Below, piece after piece: positions 37,211 through 49,744 of a stretch of 63,467 bases of DNA; positions within the stretch are counted from its first letter, which is position 1, and each line of letters begins with the position of its first letter. Source of the stretch: Chiloscyllium plagiosum (taxonomy: Eukaryota); the NCBI RefSeq assembly GCF_004010195.1, contig NC_057717.1, positions 37,700,340-37,763,806 on the forward strand. Reading direction: 5' to 3'. The notes below the pieces were generated by a model. The model was not told where the DNA came from. It saw only the letters and a list, made by a program, of their open reading frames with translations, and made no database searches. Made by a program: the position numbers and the translations under genes.

Positions 37211-39679
37211 TCCGAGTTGTTACCATTGATTGTTGTACAATATTGCACAAACTACCAGCTCACCAATTATTTCCTAATGGTTTGTCCTATTCTGATATAA
37301 TGACTAACTTAGTCATGGCTGTAACTAAACTTACTTTGCAATTACTTCACTTGATCCAGGAGAACCTGCATTCCCATTTCCCTCACTGTTTGCACTGACA
37401 ATGTTTCCAGAACTGCAATTCATCAAAGAGCACAAATTAAGTCAGTTAACATCAGTAAACTTATCCAGAATTAAGTCCAAGGCAATTTAACAACAAAAAA
37501 AAATAGTCGCAGACTTGAGATTCAATATTCCAAGCCTGGTCGACTAGTTTTCTTGATTTAGTCAATGACTTTGCAATTTTAATAAATCGCATTATTTGCC
37601 ATAGTGATAAGAAAAGAACAGATATATCCATGCAAAGTCAGAATCAGGTGTAACAGACCTTTAGCTGATCGTTGTTCTCTTCAGAAATAGTGATTATAGG
37701 CAGGAAAGGTCCTTTCAGTGTAAGTCTAATGAGTAGTTGTAGTTCATTCCGTAGAGTGTAAGTGCTAGGTAGCCCAACATCTTAGCTCAGTGAAGGTGAA
37801 GGGAGTGGCAATTAGGTACATTAGTTCTTTTGCCAGTCAATCAAACTGCTCTCTCTTTGATCATATTGAGCTTCCTGACTATTGTTGCAATTAAACCAAT
37901 CACCAGGTGAGCAGTGACGTTTCCAATGCTCCCGAATTTAGCCTTGTAATGGTGAAGTTAATGAGGGGGTAATGACGAAGCAGTATACCTAAATCCCAGT
38001 CTTGTAATCTTGATAATGTTACTAGTTATTGATACCAGCACCACCCATCCCACTGGAGTGTATTGACAATGCTGTCCTATGATCTGGAAAATGTTGGTGG
38101 AACTTTGTTTGTTTTCAAGATGCATCATGAACCATCTTGGTCGTGTTGGTATGTGGTTATTGTAACTTCCACAGGATGTCTACAGTACACCACACTGAGG
38201 GAACGCTGGGGTTGGGGTGTGGAAGCAACAGTACGGAGTGAAAAGAAGAAAAAACGATTTCCTCAGTATGTCACCCTTGTTTAAAGCCATTTCTGGACTA
38301 TGCAAGACCTTCACACTGAACGACAAGCAAAATTCAACCGACCATTGAAAGACTGATTCAAGACTGGTCCCTCAAAATAAGCCAAGCATTTCTGAACCAG
38401 TCAAGCAGTTGTTTTCTGTCATTGTTCTCATCTGTGTTGGTGTTCACCACGCTGCCATGGGATGCCTTCGTGAGGCAATCCTGACATAATCGTACAACAA
38501 CTGCCAGCACTTCCCTTTCAAATTATTGGATCCCTAACATAGCAGATTTAATCTGACATTTTACCAAACTTACTTGCCAATTTGTTTACTTTAGTTTCTG
38601 ACAAACTTAGGTTTCCACCTAATTCACAGTGTGAGGTGTCAACAATTTCACAACTGCAACTGGTCATAAAGTACCAGTTAAATCATTTTAAATATGTGCA
38701 TGATCACAAAGTTAATATTTGGCACTTCTTATCAACATTGAGAGTTTTGGCTGTGAGGGCAGGAGCTGGTGGGTGGGGAGTAAGGAGGTCAAATAAAGAC
38801 TTGTCTGCACTAGGACAGAGGGAAAACCTCCTAAATGCAAGAATTTAAGTTTAACTTCCTTATCTCTGAAAAAGAAACTCAAGCTCTCTATACCCTATTG
38901 CCAATTTAACCCTTACAAGCACAATTAGTAACTCAATATTTGATTCAGAATCTGAACATTGTAATTACACATTATTCAAATTTACTGAAGGTGCATGTCA
39001 TATTAGTCAGTATTGGCTGTTTTGTTGAAAAGAGGATTTTATTCATTTTCCTTTCCTGCTCCTTCATCCTTTCGGAGTTTACTGAAAGATCTGACCATAA
39101 TAAACCCAGAAGTAATTACAGGTCTCTGACCCAGAGCAGTGTAATAACTTCAGTATTTATGCATTGATGACATCAGTGAAACGGTGTGGATGTGATGATC
39201 CCTGTATTAATTCACCATGAAAGCACTTTATAAGCTTCATTCAAACAAATAACTATCACTAGGGAAGGTGCCTGACTCCGTGGATACACATGGCCTCTGG
39301 CCAAGTTAAATTATAACAAGTGGAAAGCATTCAATGGCGACACTGTATGGGAGATAGACCAAGGCGAGGAGACCAGGAGCTGGTCCCAATCCGTCGCCAT
39401 ATTTCTTCAAATATGTAGCCATATTTCATCAAATGTCACCAAACTGTGGAGACCATGACAATGAGTTTGGAGGGAGTGTAGAATAGGGGATGGTTGGGGG
39501 AGTGAGGATGAGCAGGAAAGAGAAACAAAGCGAAGCGATGGAGGTGGGGTGAAGGAGAGGAACCCATTTCTGCATTATTTTCACTATGGCTCCAATGTCC
39601 AGAAATAGAATCTCAGTATTGATCAGCAAGCAATTTCCTATCTCAGCATTTAGGATGATGGTACTACTGTTTAAGACAA

Positions 39680-42600
39680 CTCTGTCTCAAATATTAAATT
39701 ACTCGGGAGGCAGTCTAGCAGCCTCTTTAATGTAGCTACTGTTGTCTGAACTGGCAACCGCGCATTGCACAAAACATTTTGAAGGATTCAATGGTTCTCC
39801 AACATTCCCTTTTCACATTATTGTATTCCAAATAAAACATAATTAAACCACATCAAAATCAGATCAAATCAAACTTGCTTCTTCATGGTTGCCCTCACGT
39901 CTGGCAAACTTTGATTCCCATCCTCCTGACAATCTCATCTGGCAAAATGTCCCCAGCCACAAGTCATCATGAAGCACACATTAAACAAAGGACTTACACC
40001 TATAAATGACTTACAAACATTTGAAAAGAAACCCTGAAGATCAAAAGGCTCTATTGAGCTGATACAGCATTTTTTTAATAAAGAGGAATCACTGTTATCA
40101 CCAGGAATAATGCAAATATTGGGAGGGGCTGTGGTCTGGAATGTAATGTTTGCTATAGCACTGGGCGGTGTTGTCAAGAGGAAGTCCCTCCAGAACTCTT
40201 ACAGAAATCCCTGATCTCCAGAAATTTCTTTTCACATTACATTCTGTTTAAAAAAGGCCACTTTCAAAAGCTATGATTGCAATATATGTTGTTTTTTTTT
40301 TCAACTTTCACAGAGGTTTGCAGGACACCATGGTCTGTTCTTTTTGAAGAGATGGGGTGAGGGGAGTTAGCCAATGTATTAGTATTGGGAAGCAGAGAGT
40401 TAGGTAGTCAATGTGTTTTCAATATATTTAGCCTCATTGCACAGTCCAGTGCTTAGAAGTGAACAACTGAAGGCCTGAACATTGAACGGCTTGAAATGAT
40501 TATTGAAAGACTTTGTGTTTAATGCATGCTCAATTATTCACTGGCTTTTAACTGGGAGGTGGCAGGATTGGGAAAGTGGCAGGGAGGGAGTCTGGCACCC
40601 TCCCATTGCTAAGCCATGCTGATATAGACCCGTTCTCTTTGACATCTTAACACTCCACGTGCTCTCAAGCCTGCCTCCCTCATTTCCCTGATTGTGCCCA
40701 GCTTTGCAGGCTCAGTGATGATCAGTATGAATAGTAGGACTCAGAAATGTGCTGATCTATCCTCCCTCTTACTGGAGTAGCAGCTCTTGAAATTAAGCTG
40801 CACCGTCAACTGATGGCTAAGCCTCTTCATTTTAGATTAGAGAGGTGCTGGAAAAGCACAGCAGGTCAGGCAATATCTGAGGAGCAGGAAAATCGACGTT
40901 TCGGGTAATAGCCCTTTATCAATGAAGAATCGTTTCATTGGTCACTGCTGGCAACATACCATCCTTGGCATACGCCAAAGCCTCCAGGTTTCAGTCCCAG
41001 CATTAGGTCTGCAGCATTAAATGCAAGCTTCCACCTAAAATGTCTTTTTATAATACTAACGATACAGCAAAGATTACATGCCAGTCAATAATTTATTTAA
41101 TGTAAAAGAACAAACTGTGGAAGTTGACAATCTGAAAGAAATACAGACGTTGCTGGAGAAACTCAACATATTTTGCAGTATCTGTGGACAGAAAGCAGAG
41201 TTCACCTTGAGTCAAGTGACCCTTCTTCAGAGAGGTCTGAAGTTCTGAACAGGAGTCATTCAATTAAAAACATTAACTCTGCTTTCACTCCACAGATACA
41301 GCCAGATCTGCTAGCTGATAGTAGACAGTCACACATTGTATTCAGCTTATTTTTCAATGACCTCCTTAGTTTCTGGAGAAACAGAATCACCAGCTCCCTT
41401 GCACTTTCAGCAGTTGATGTTTTCAGAGCTGCAAAGGGTCAAGTGCCATTAAGTCAATTGAAGCAAACATTTACGTTCAGAATAAAAACATTTTTAGAAA
41501 CTTGAATAGGAGTGTCAGGATTTCAAGCCACTGACAGTCAGGCTAGAACATGGAAATGAAGGATGTGACAAACCCATTTCTTCAATATGTGTTGCATAGT
41601 CTAGAAAAGTCTCAAATAAAGAGCTTATGGCAATTATAGAATGGTAGCTAACTGTCCAATTTCTCCATTTAAGACCTTTGGCTACTGGCTCTTCATACGG
41701 GATTGACTTTTCCTCATCAATGAGTATTGGCTCAACAATTGCAAACATCAATGGTGGCACAGAAAGGTTTGCCACTCTGCTGTTGTTGCAATTAAACCAT
41801 CAGCTCTTTAGATTGGGCCGTTTCATTCTTGGGATAGTAACCCAGCAACAGCTTCTTGATCTGGCCACGTCAGCAGCATGTCAACATTAGGGGTGCCATT
41901 ATTCACAGCAGCGCTGGCTCCAGCTCTCAGTCCAAGCAGCAGGGTTCCACCACAATTCACAACATTATCACTGCAAATGTCTTGTTTTAAAAAAAAACAC
42001 CACAATCAAACTTCCAGGAAAAATACACACTTGGGAGGCAGAGCCCAGCAGTTTCCGTCATGCGCTAACTATGGCCTGGAATAGTGTATTTGACATTGTT
42101 CTCGCATGTATGCAGAAGGAAATGCCTACATAACTTCACAGGAATTTCTGGTTCTCCAGTAATAACCTTTATTCCAAAATTAATCAGGAATTAAATTGCA
42201 CTTTGGATCAAACTGACACTTTAATTTCTTCAGTTGTTCCTGATGCACTATAGGTTTCATTTCCGTCGCAGTTTGGATTGTCACACGAACTATGCCTGCA
42301 ATTGGTCATAAAAAGATAAATGTAGTTATTTAAATGAGCATTTCCCTCAATTGTGTGCCAGCTATTTGAAAGATTGAAGATTCTGGTTTCAGGACTGCAG
42401 CCTGCATTCAGCCATTTGACTGAAACTGGTCACACTCCAGATGGGTGACTACAATAGATGGTGAATTTGTTCTTCAAAACCTTTGTTTCTGGTGGTAACG
42501 ATTAGAGACAGAAATGGGATATCAAATGCTTGAATGTATTCATATTTAGAGTTTAGGAACTTCAATTAGAAAACGCAAGCAAACGTACAATGAAGTATTT

Positions 42601-45600
42601 TTGATGTCCTCTCCAAATACAATATTTTTGAATCAAAATTCTGAAGCCCTAATTCTAATGCAGATAACAGAGAGACAGGAATGCAAATGCTCTTGCCTGG
42701 AGTGGTGTTCCCTGCGCTGCTGTGTGATGTTTCCTGAAAAGGCCCGAGAAAGTAATTTCCTTTCTATTTTGTGTACTCTGAATGAAGCAAAACATTAATC
42801 ACATATTGTTTTCAAATTTACTTTTTTTATGATAGATTTTGGACTGCACGGTTTTCCATCGACTTTGTACTTTGGACTGTCAGGTGATCTGCAAATAGTC
42901 AGAAAAGTGTTATTCAGTCATTTTAAGCGTACATCTACATCCACAATAAAATCATCATTATAAACCTGAAACATTGAGTAAGTATTTCAAGCCATTGACA
43001 GCTAGTTTTGTAAAACTAGTTCAAGACACAATTACAGTAGATGGTGATTTATTACCCCAAAACCTTCATTGGCTGTTTGCAAGACAAGATAATGAGACTG
43101 GAGTGTGGTAGCAAAGAAAGGGAGACACGATGCAACAAAATCATTTCTTCAATACTTTATACTTGTTACAACGTCTCAAAATATCTCAACTAAAGAGCTC
43201 CAGATCCAAATGGAGACGAGGCAACCATTTTTCCAATGTCTCCAATGAGGACCTTTGGTACTGTTCCAACATACAGGGCTGAATTTTCCACGTCAACTGG
43301 CTCTTGCCAAGATTCCCACGAGTCAGGCCAAGTGGAAGAGAGTTCAGGATCAAAGCCCAATCCCTTCTGCACCATTATATTATCTAGTCAGTGGTGGGCA
43401 AATGAAGGCACCAATTGAGAGCCACTCATGTCTGTCTGTGTTGTGATCAATAGAGCTCCTCAACTCCCACAGTGAGCGTTTGCCTGCAAATCCCTTTGGT
43501 ACAGGCTCAGCAATACCCATCACTAATGGCAGAAAAGGAAACGTCGTTGCCCTGCCTTCACTCTGTTATTGCTGTTAGCTCCTGGGATCATGCCATTTCA
43601 ATAATGTTTTTGTGACCAGGCAGCAACTTCTGTATTAGCTACTGTCAGTACTATGCCACCCTTGGCACTGCCAACCACCGCGTTATAATCCAGCTCTCAG
43701 TTCAACCAGCAGGCTTCACCAGAATTCATTAAATTATGATTGCAAAAGTCTTGTGTAAGAAAGAACACCATCTTCCTACTTCTGGATGTAATACATATTT
43801 TGCAGGTAACTAGGTTCCTGCTACGTGATTCCTGGATGCAGAAGGAAATATCTACATGACTTCACAGGAACTGCTTGTTCTCCAGTAATTGCCTTGGAGA
43901 ATATAATATCAAATGAAGCACGAATTACATAAAAGATCAAACATATTTTCTAGTTATTGCAAACAATCCTGGAGAACTATATTTTCCATATACCATGCAG
44001 TTTGGATTGTCAAACTTGCCATGCCTATAACTGGTCAGGCAAGATAAATTCAGTCCTTAAATTAGCATTTGCCTCCAGCTACTATTGAATGCCAGCTGCT
44101 TGAATGGCTGAAGAGTCTGGATTCAGTCCTGCAGCTTGAGTTCAGCTGCTTTTGTTAAACTCCTTACAATCCAGACGCATACTGCAATCAATGCTGATTT
44201 TATTCTTCAACCCCTTTCATAGGTTTGATGGACATTAAAGCTGGTGATAAGGGTGAGTGTGTGATGGGATACATATTTCTTGAATATATTCATTTTAAGA
44301 GACTAAAATAATCAGGAATAAGTAACCCAAATATGAAAGCAATTTTGAATTCAAGCTTCCTTGATGTCCTCTATTTATTTTGAAAAGAACTTTCCGACCC
44401 AAAGAACAATGTGGATAATGGAGAGGCAGTATGTGATTGCTCTGGTCGGGAATGGTAATCTATGCACTGCTGTGTGGTGTTTTCATGAAGGGTCTGTACG
44501 TTATCTTACCATAACTGCCTGACCACCAGCAACGTACTTACACTTTCTTGTACTCTGAATGAAGCAAAATCATGGTCACATATCATATCAAACATACTTT
44601 TTCGAGACCGCCTTAGATTTGAAAGGCATGGTTTCCCATCTCCATCGCAGTTTAGGCTGTAACGTTTACCATGCTTGCAACTGAACAGGCAAGTTTAGTC
44701 ACTGAAATCAGCATTCGTCTGCATATACAATTGTGTGCTAGCTGCTGGAATGGCTGATGGATCTGGATTCAATATTACAGCACTTATTCAGCTGTGTTTT
44801 TAAAAACTGCTCACACTGCAGAAGGATGATTGCATGAGTTGGTGATTTTTTTGTCAAACTTACATAACTGGTTTGCAAGAAGTCAGAGCACAGGTAGGGG
44901 GAGAGGCAGAGAATGTCGGGGAGATGGAAATTTTCCTTGCAGAATAGACCAGGGAGGTAAATGCGAGGTAAAACGTTCAGGACCTGGCTGATGAAGGGGA
45001 AATTTTTCACTGAAGAAATTTGAATGTTTTAAAGCAATGGCTTTTCCACCAACTCTGCTTTTCTTTCTGATTTACAGCATTCGCAGTTCTTTCGGGTTTT
45101 ATTTGGATGCTTTCTGTTGTTCTAGTTAAATAAGAGCTTCAATCTGTAGGAACAAAACAAGCGTTAGAGATGCACATTTAGTGCGATTGCTGTGGTCTGG
45201 TCTGCAAAGGTTTTTGTTGCACTGCTGGCACATGGTTTTAAGAGGCAGCCCCTGAACAATCTAAACAACAGCTCTCCAGCAATATCCTTTCACGTCTTTG
45301 AATTCTGAATCAAGGATCATTAATACACAAACTGGAGCAAACTTAATTTCTGCAACTGTCCCTGGAGAAATTAGATTTCCTGGTTCTTCACAGTATACGC
45401 AGCTGAAATTAGTCATGAAAGAAGACATTTTAAGCTAGGTCTTGTATGCACAATTGGCTATTGGCTGGTATAAAATTGCTGGATGCTCAGGGATTCAGTA
45501 TTATACTTTTTGATCAACTGTATTTATTAAGTAGATCAACTTCTTAATGGGACAATGGAAAACAGTAGTTTTTTTTCTTTAAAACTTTCATAATGGGCTT
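39680..45600 (-). pseudogene. Decayed ORF built from ~7 tandem Cys/His-rich domains (unidentified)
   Basis: Recurring minus-strand peptides, e.g. CLFSCKHGK.YSLNCDGDGKPC...FDMICDHDF...QQCIDYHSRPEQSH (44700-44430); CRHSSCDNPNCDG...YYWRTRNSCEVM..EQCQIHYSRP (42300-42070); CWRAVV*IVQGLPLKTMCQQCNKNLCRPDHS (45290-45185); FWRSGISVRVLEGLPLDNTAQCYSKHYIPDHS (40225-40128). Many stops and frameshifts. Confidence 0.6.
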
Positions 45601-45790
45601 TGAAAGACATCACAGGCAGAACGAGGGGAGCAGAGGATATAGGAACCCTAATCGCTCAATATATTTATTCTTTCTTCAGAGTTTAGCTATCTAAATGTTC
45701 GACTTCAAATTGAGATCTGAATATTGAATGGGTAAGCAATTTTCCACTGACCACTTTTGAAGGTTATGTATTGATGCAACTACTTTTTAC

Positions 45791-46013
45791 ATTAGATTTT
45801 TTAGATTACATTACAGTGTGGAAACAGTACCTTCGGCCCAACAAGTCCACACCGACCCGCTTGGACTGGGGAGGAAACCGGAGCACCCGGAGGAAACCCA
45901 CGCAGACACGGGGAGAACGTGCAAAGTCCACACAGTCAGTCGCCTGAGGCGGGAATTGAACCCGCGTGTCTGGCGCTGTGAGGCAGCAGTGCTAACCACT
46001 GGGCCACCGTGCC
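45791..46013 (-). mobile_element. HE1-type tRNA-derived V-SINE (internally deleted)
   Basis: Minus strand reads GGCACGGTGGCCCAGTGGTTAGCACTGCTGCCTCACAGCGCCAG...GGGTTCAATTCCCG...TGCACGTTCTCCCCGTGTCTGCGTGGGTTTCCTCCGGGTGCTCCGGTTTCCTCCC (V-domain). Confidence 0.92.

Positions 46014-46014
<1 letters not shown>

Positions 46015-46071
<57 letters not shown>
46015..46071 (+). repeat. (GT)n microsatellite
   Basis: Perfect GT run of ~28 units. Confidence 0.98.
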
Positions 46072-46072
<1 letters not shown>

Positions 46073-46529
46073 CTGTGACAGAGAGGGGCTGACAAGCAAA
46101 CAAAATCTCTAATCTCTCAGAAAAATGCAAACATTATAGACATAATAAAGCAACTTTGTTAATGTGACTGCTGTAGGTTGGTGTTTGTTGCATTGCTGTA
46201 GCATGTACTCAGATAGAAGCCCCTCCATTGAACTTCCAGGAAGTGGCACTAATTTCCTTTCACATTGTTGTTTTCTAGATGAATCTTAATCACTGCATTC
46301 ATTACTGGAATCTCTTCTGCCTTGGAAGTGTCACAGTTTCCATATGTGTTACAGCACAAATTAAGTGATTTTAAACAAACACTTGAAAAATTCAACCATT
46401 GAAAAAGCTCTGAAGATGGAGGATTTCAGCATTATAAACTTGTTTGTTGGATCTTTACATTGAAACTCCAATTTATCAGTTTAATCAAACTGCCACATCC
46501 CATACAAACAGGGATGAGTTAGATATTCA

Positions 46530-47230
46530 ACATGAATATGTCTCATTAATTGTAACATTAAATCCACATTCCTGCCTACCCTGAAATCCTTTCACCATCC
46601 CTCTCACAACAATAAACTATTTATCTTTGCCTTTAAAATATTCCATACATCTGCTTTAATAACGTGCCAAAGTTTTCACATTATGAGAGAAAACAAATCA
46701 TCTCGATGTGTTTCAAATGGGCAACCACTGACATTTAGATAGCAATCATTCATTCTCGTCTCTTCTGTAAGAAGAAACATCTTGTTTCATTGAATTTGCC
46801 TCTTCATCTCCTAACCACAAACTGACAAAAGCCTAGACTATCCCAATTCCCTTTGTATGACAATTCATTCTGTAAGTATTATTCTGGTAAGCATTCTCCG
46901 AATTGCCTCCAATGTATTCACTTCCTTCCATAAACAGGGTGACCGATAAGAGTTAGAACATTCAAGATACAAGCTCAACAGTGCTCTCTACTTTTGTGTT
47001 TAAATTCCCCCACGACAAAAGGAAAACATTTATTCGCTGTCCTAATTACGTACTGCTAGCACTTTGTGATTCAGGTAATGTAACACTCTAATCCCACTGT
47101 ATCTCAGAACTATGGAATCTCTCTCTATTAAAACAAAATACTTTTCTTCCAGTCAAAATGGACAACTTCACTTTTATCCATGTAAAGCTGTATTTTTCAG
47201 GCCTTTGACTACTCACATAACCTATACTTC
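46530..47230 (-). mobile_element. Old CR1 3' fragment
   Basis: AAAATGGACAACTTCAC (reverse of CEVVHF) and other degenerate ORF2 C-terminal motifs. Confidence 0.6.
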
Positions 47231-47254
47231 TCTATAGCGCACCAATGTCCTGTG

Positions 47255-49280
47255 AGATGGTCGTGTGAGGGAACCTTGGTTGGCGAGGGAGGTTGAATGT
47301 CTTCTAAAGAGGAAGAACGGGGCTTACATAAGGTTGAGGAAACAAGGTTCAGACAGAGCATGGGAGGGATACAGGATTGCCAGAAGGGATCTGAAGAAAG
47401 GGATTAGGAGAGCTAAGAGAGGGCATGAAAAAACTTTGGCGGATAGGATCAAGGATAACCCCAACGCCTTTTATGCGTATGTGAGAAACATGAGAATGAC
47501 GAGAACGAGAGTAGGAAGCAAGAGAGGAAATTGCAGAGCCGTTGGCAATGATCTTTTCGTCTTCACTGTCAACGGGGGTGGTACCAGGGGACTGGAGAGT
47601 GGCGAATGTTGTGCCCCTGTTCAAAAAAGGGAATAGGGATAACCCCGGGAATTACAGGCCAGTTAGTCTTACTTCGGTGGTAGGCAAAGTAATGGAAAGG
47701 GTACTGAGGAATACGATTTATGAGTATCTGGAAAGACACTGCTTGATTAGGGACAGCCAGCACGGATTTGTGAAGGGTAGGTCTTGCATTACAAGACTTA
47801 TTGAATTCTTTGAGGAGTTGACCAAGCATGTGGATGAGAGGAGAGCAGTGGATGTAGTATACATGGATTTTAGGAAGACATTTGATAAGGTTCCCCATGG
47901 TAGGCTTCTGCGGAAAGTCAGGAGGCATGGGATAGAGGGGAATTTGGCCAGTTGGATAGAAAACTGGCTAACCGGTCGAAGTCAGAGAGTGGTGGTAGAT
48001 GGTAAATATTCAGCCTGGAGCCCAGTTACAAGTGGGGTTCCGTAGGGATCAGTTCTGGGTCCTCTGCTGTTTATAATTTTTATTAATGACTTGGAAGAGG
48101 GAGTCGAAGGGTGGGTCAGTAAATTTGCAGATGATACGAAGATTGGTGGAGTTGTGGATAGTGAGGAGGGCTGTTGTTGGCTGCAAAAGGACTAAGATAT
48201 GATGCAGAGCTGGGCTGAGGAGTGGCAGATGGAGTTCAACCCTGCCAAGTGTGAGGTTGTCCATTTTGGAAGGACAAATAAGAATGCAGAATACACTGTT
48301 AACGGTAGGGTTCTTAGTAAGGTGGAGGAGCAGAGGGATCTTGGGGTCTATGTTCATAGATCTAAATATAGCTTTAAATTAAGGGGGGGTAGATATAGGA
48401 CTGATGTTAGGGGTAGGTTCTTCACTCAGCGAGTCGTTAGTTCATGGAATGCCCTGCCAGTAACAGTGGTGGACTCTCCCTCTTTATGGGCATTTAAGAG
48501 GGCATTGGATAGGTATATGGAGGATAGTGGGTTAGTGTAGTTTAGGTGGGCTTGGATCGGCGCAACATCGAGGGCCCAAGGGCCTGTACTGCGCTGTATT
48601 CTTCTATGTTCTATGTTCTATGTTCTAATCTTTGAAAGTTGCCACTCAGGTGGATAGTGCTTGTAAGAAGGCCTATGGTATATTAGCGTTCATTAGCAGA
48701 GGGATTGAATTCAAGACTCGTGAAGTAATGTTACAGCTGTACAGGACCTTAGTTAGGCCACATTTTGAGTACTGTGTGCAGTTCTGGTCGCCTCACTTTA
48801 GGAAAGATGTGAAAGCTTTGGAGAGGGTGCAGAGAAGATTTACCAGGATGTTGCCTGGAATGGAAAATAGGTCGTATGAGGATAGGTTGAGAGTGCTAGG
48901 CCTTTTCTCATTGGAACGGAGAAGGGTGAGGGGTGACTTCATAGAGGTTTATAAGATGATCAGAGGAATAGATAGAGTGGACAGTCAGAAACATTTTCCA
49001 CGGGTACAACAGAGTGTTACAAGGGGACATAAATTTAAGGTGAAGGGTGGAAGGTATAGGCGAGATGTCAGTGGTAGATTCTTTACCCAGAGAGTGGTGG
49101 GGGCATGGAATGCGCTGCCTGTGGGAGTGGCAGAGTCACAATCATTGGCGAACTTTAAGTGGCAATTGGATAGGTCCATGGATGGGTGCTTAAGCTCGGA
49201 CAAATGTTCGGCACAACATCGTGGGCCGAAGGGCCTGTTCTGTGCTGTATTGTTCTATGTTCTATGGTCTATGTTCTATT
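47255..49280 (+). mobile_element. Young 5'-truncated CR1 LINE (RT domain to tail)
   Basis: ORFs 47542..48045 (NYRPVSLTS, QHGF, YMDFRKTFDKVPH, GVP*GSVLGP), FADDT, and 48632..49324; (TTCTATG)n tail. Confidence 0.95.
48364..48627 (+). mobile_element. Nested CR1 3'-end insertion
   Basis: Interrupts host GTTCATAGATCT|TTGAAAGTT with ATCT repeated on both sides, and ends in (TTCTATG)n. Confidence 0.85.
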
Positions 49281-49744
49281 TTACCTTTCTTTGTCATGTC
49301 AGCTTTTTCTTAATTCCTTCGTGAGTCATGGACTGTGAGTCAACACTTGGAAGATTTGAGCAAATACAGATTTGTTTTAAATAGCTGCTCAAGTTATATG
49401 ATCCTAACCATTCTGAACTCCGGTTAATTCTCAGTTCCAAACGAACACCGCAGTAATGAACATTCATATAAAAAAGGCTGAACCGCTGAATATAATTAGA
49501 GTATACCAAAATAACAATAGGATTCTTGTCAGCCCCCCTCTNNNNNNNNNNNNNNNNNNNNNNNNNNNNNNNNNNNNNNNNNNNNNNNNNNNNNNNNNNN
49601 NNNNNNNNNNNNNNNNNNNNNNNNNNNNNNNNNNNNNNNNNNNNNNNNNNNNNNNNNNNNNNNNNNNNNNNNTCATGAAATGTAAGATGTCTGTCAGGCA
49701 AATGGATAGTATAAACTTCCACTGTATTATGTCAACCTTTTAGC

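Noticed and set aside
42030-45600. Macro-domain (PARP14) or sacsin interpretation of the minus-strand repeats
   Set aside because: The matching motifs (GNITQQ, RAFAFL) fall in inconsistent frames and order. The frame conserved across repeats is the Cys/His-rich one.
45590-45640. LPVM peptide as an upstream COLGALT exon
   Set aside because: The flanking residues do not match VDEFLPVMFxKHP, so it is likely chance.
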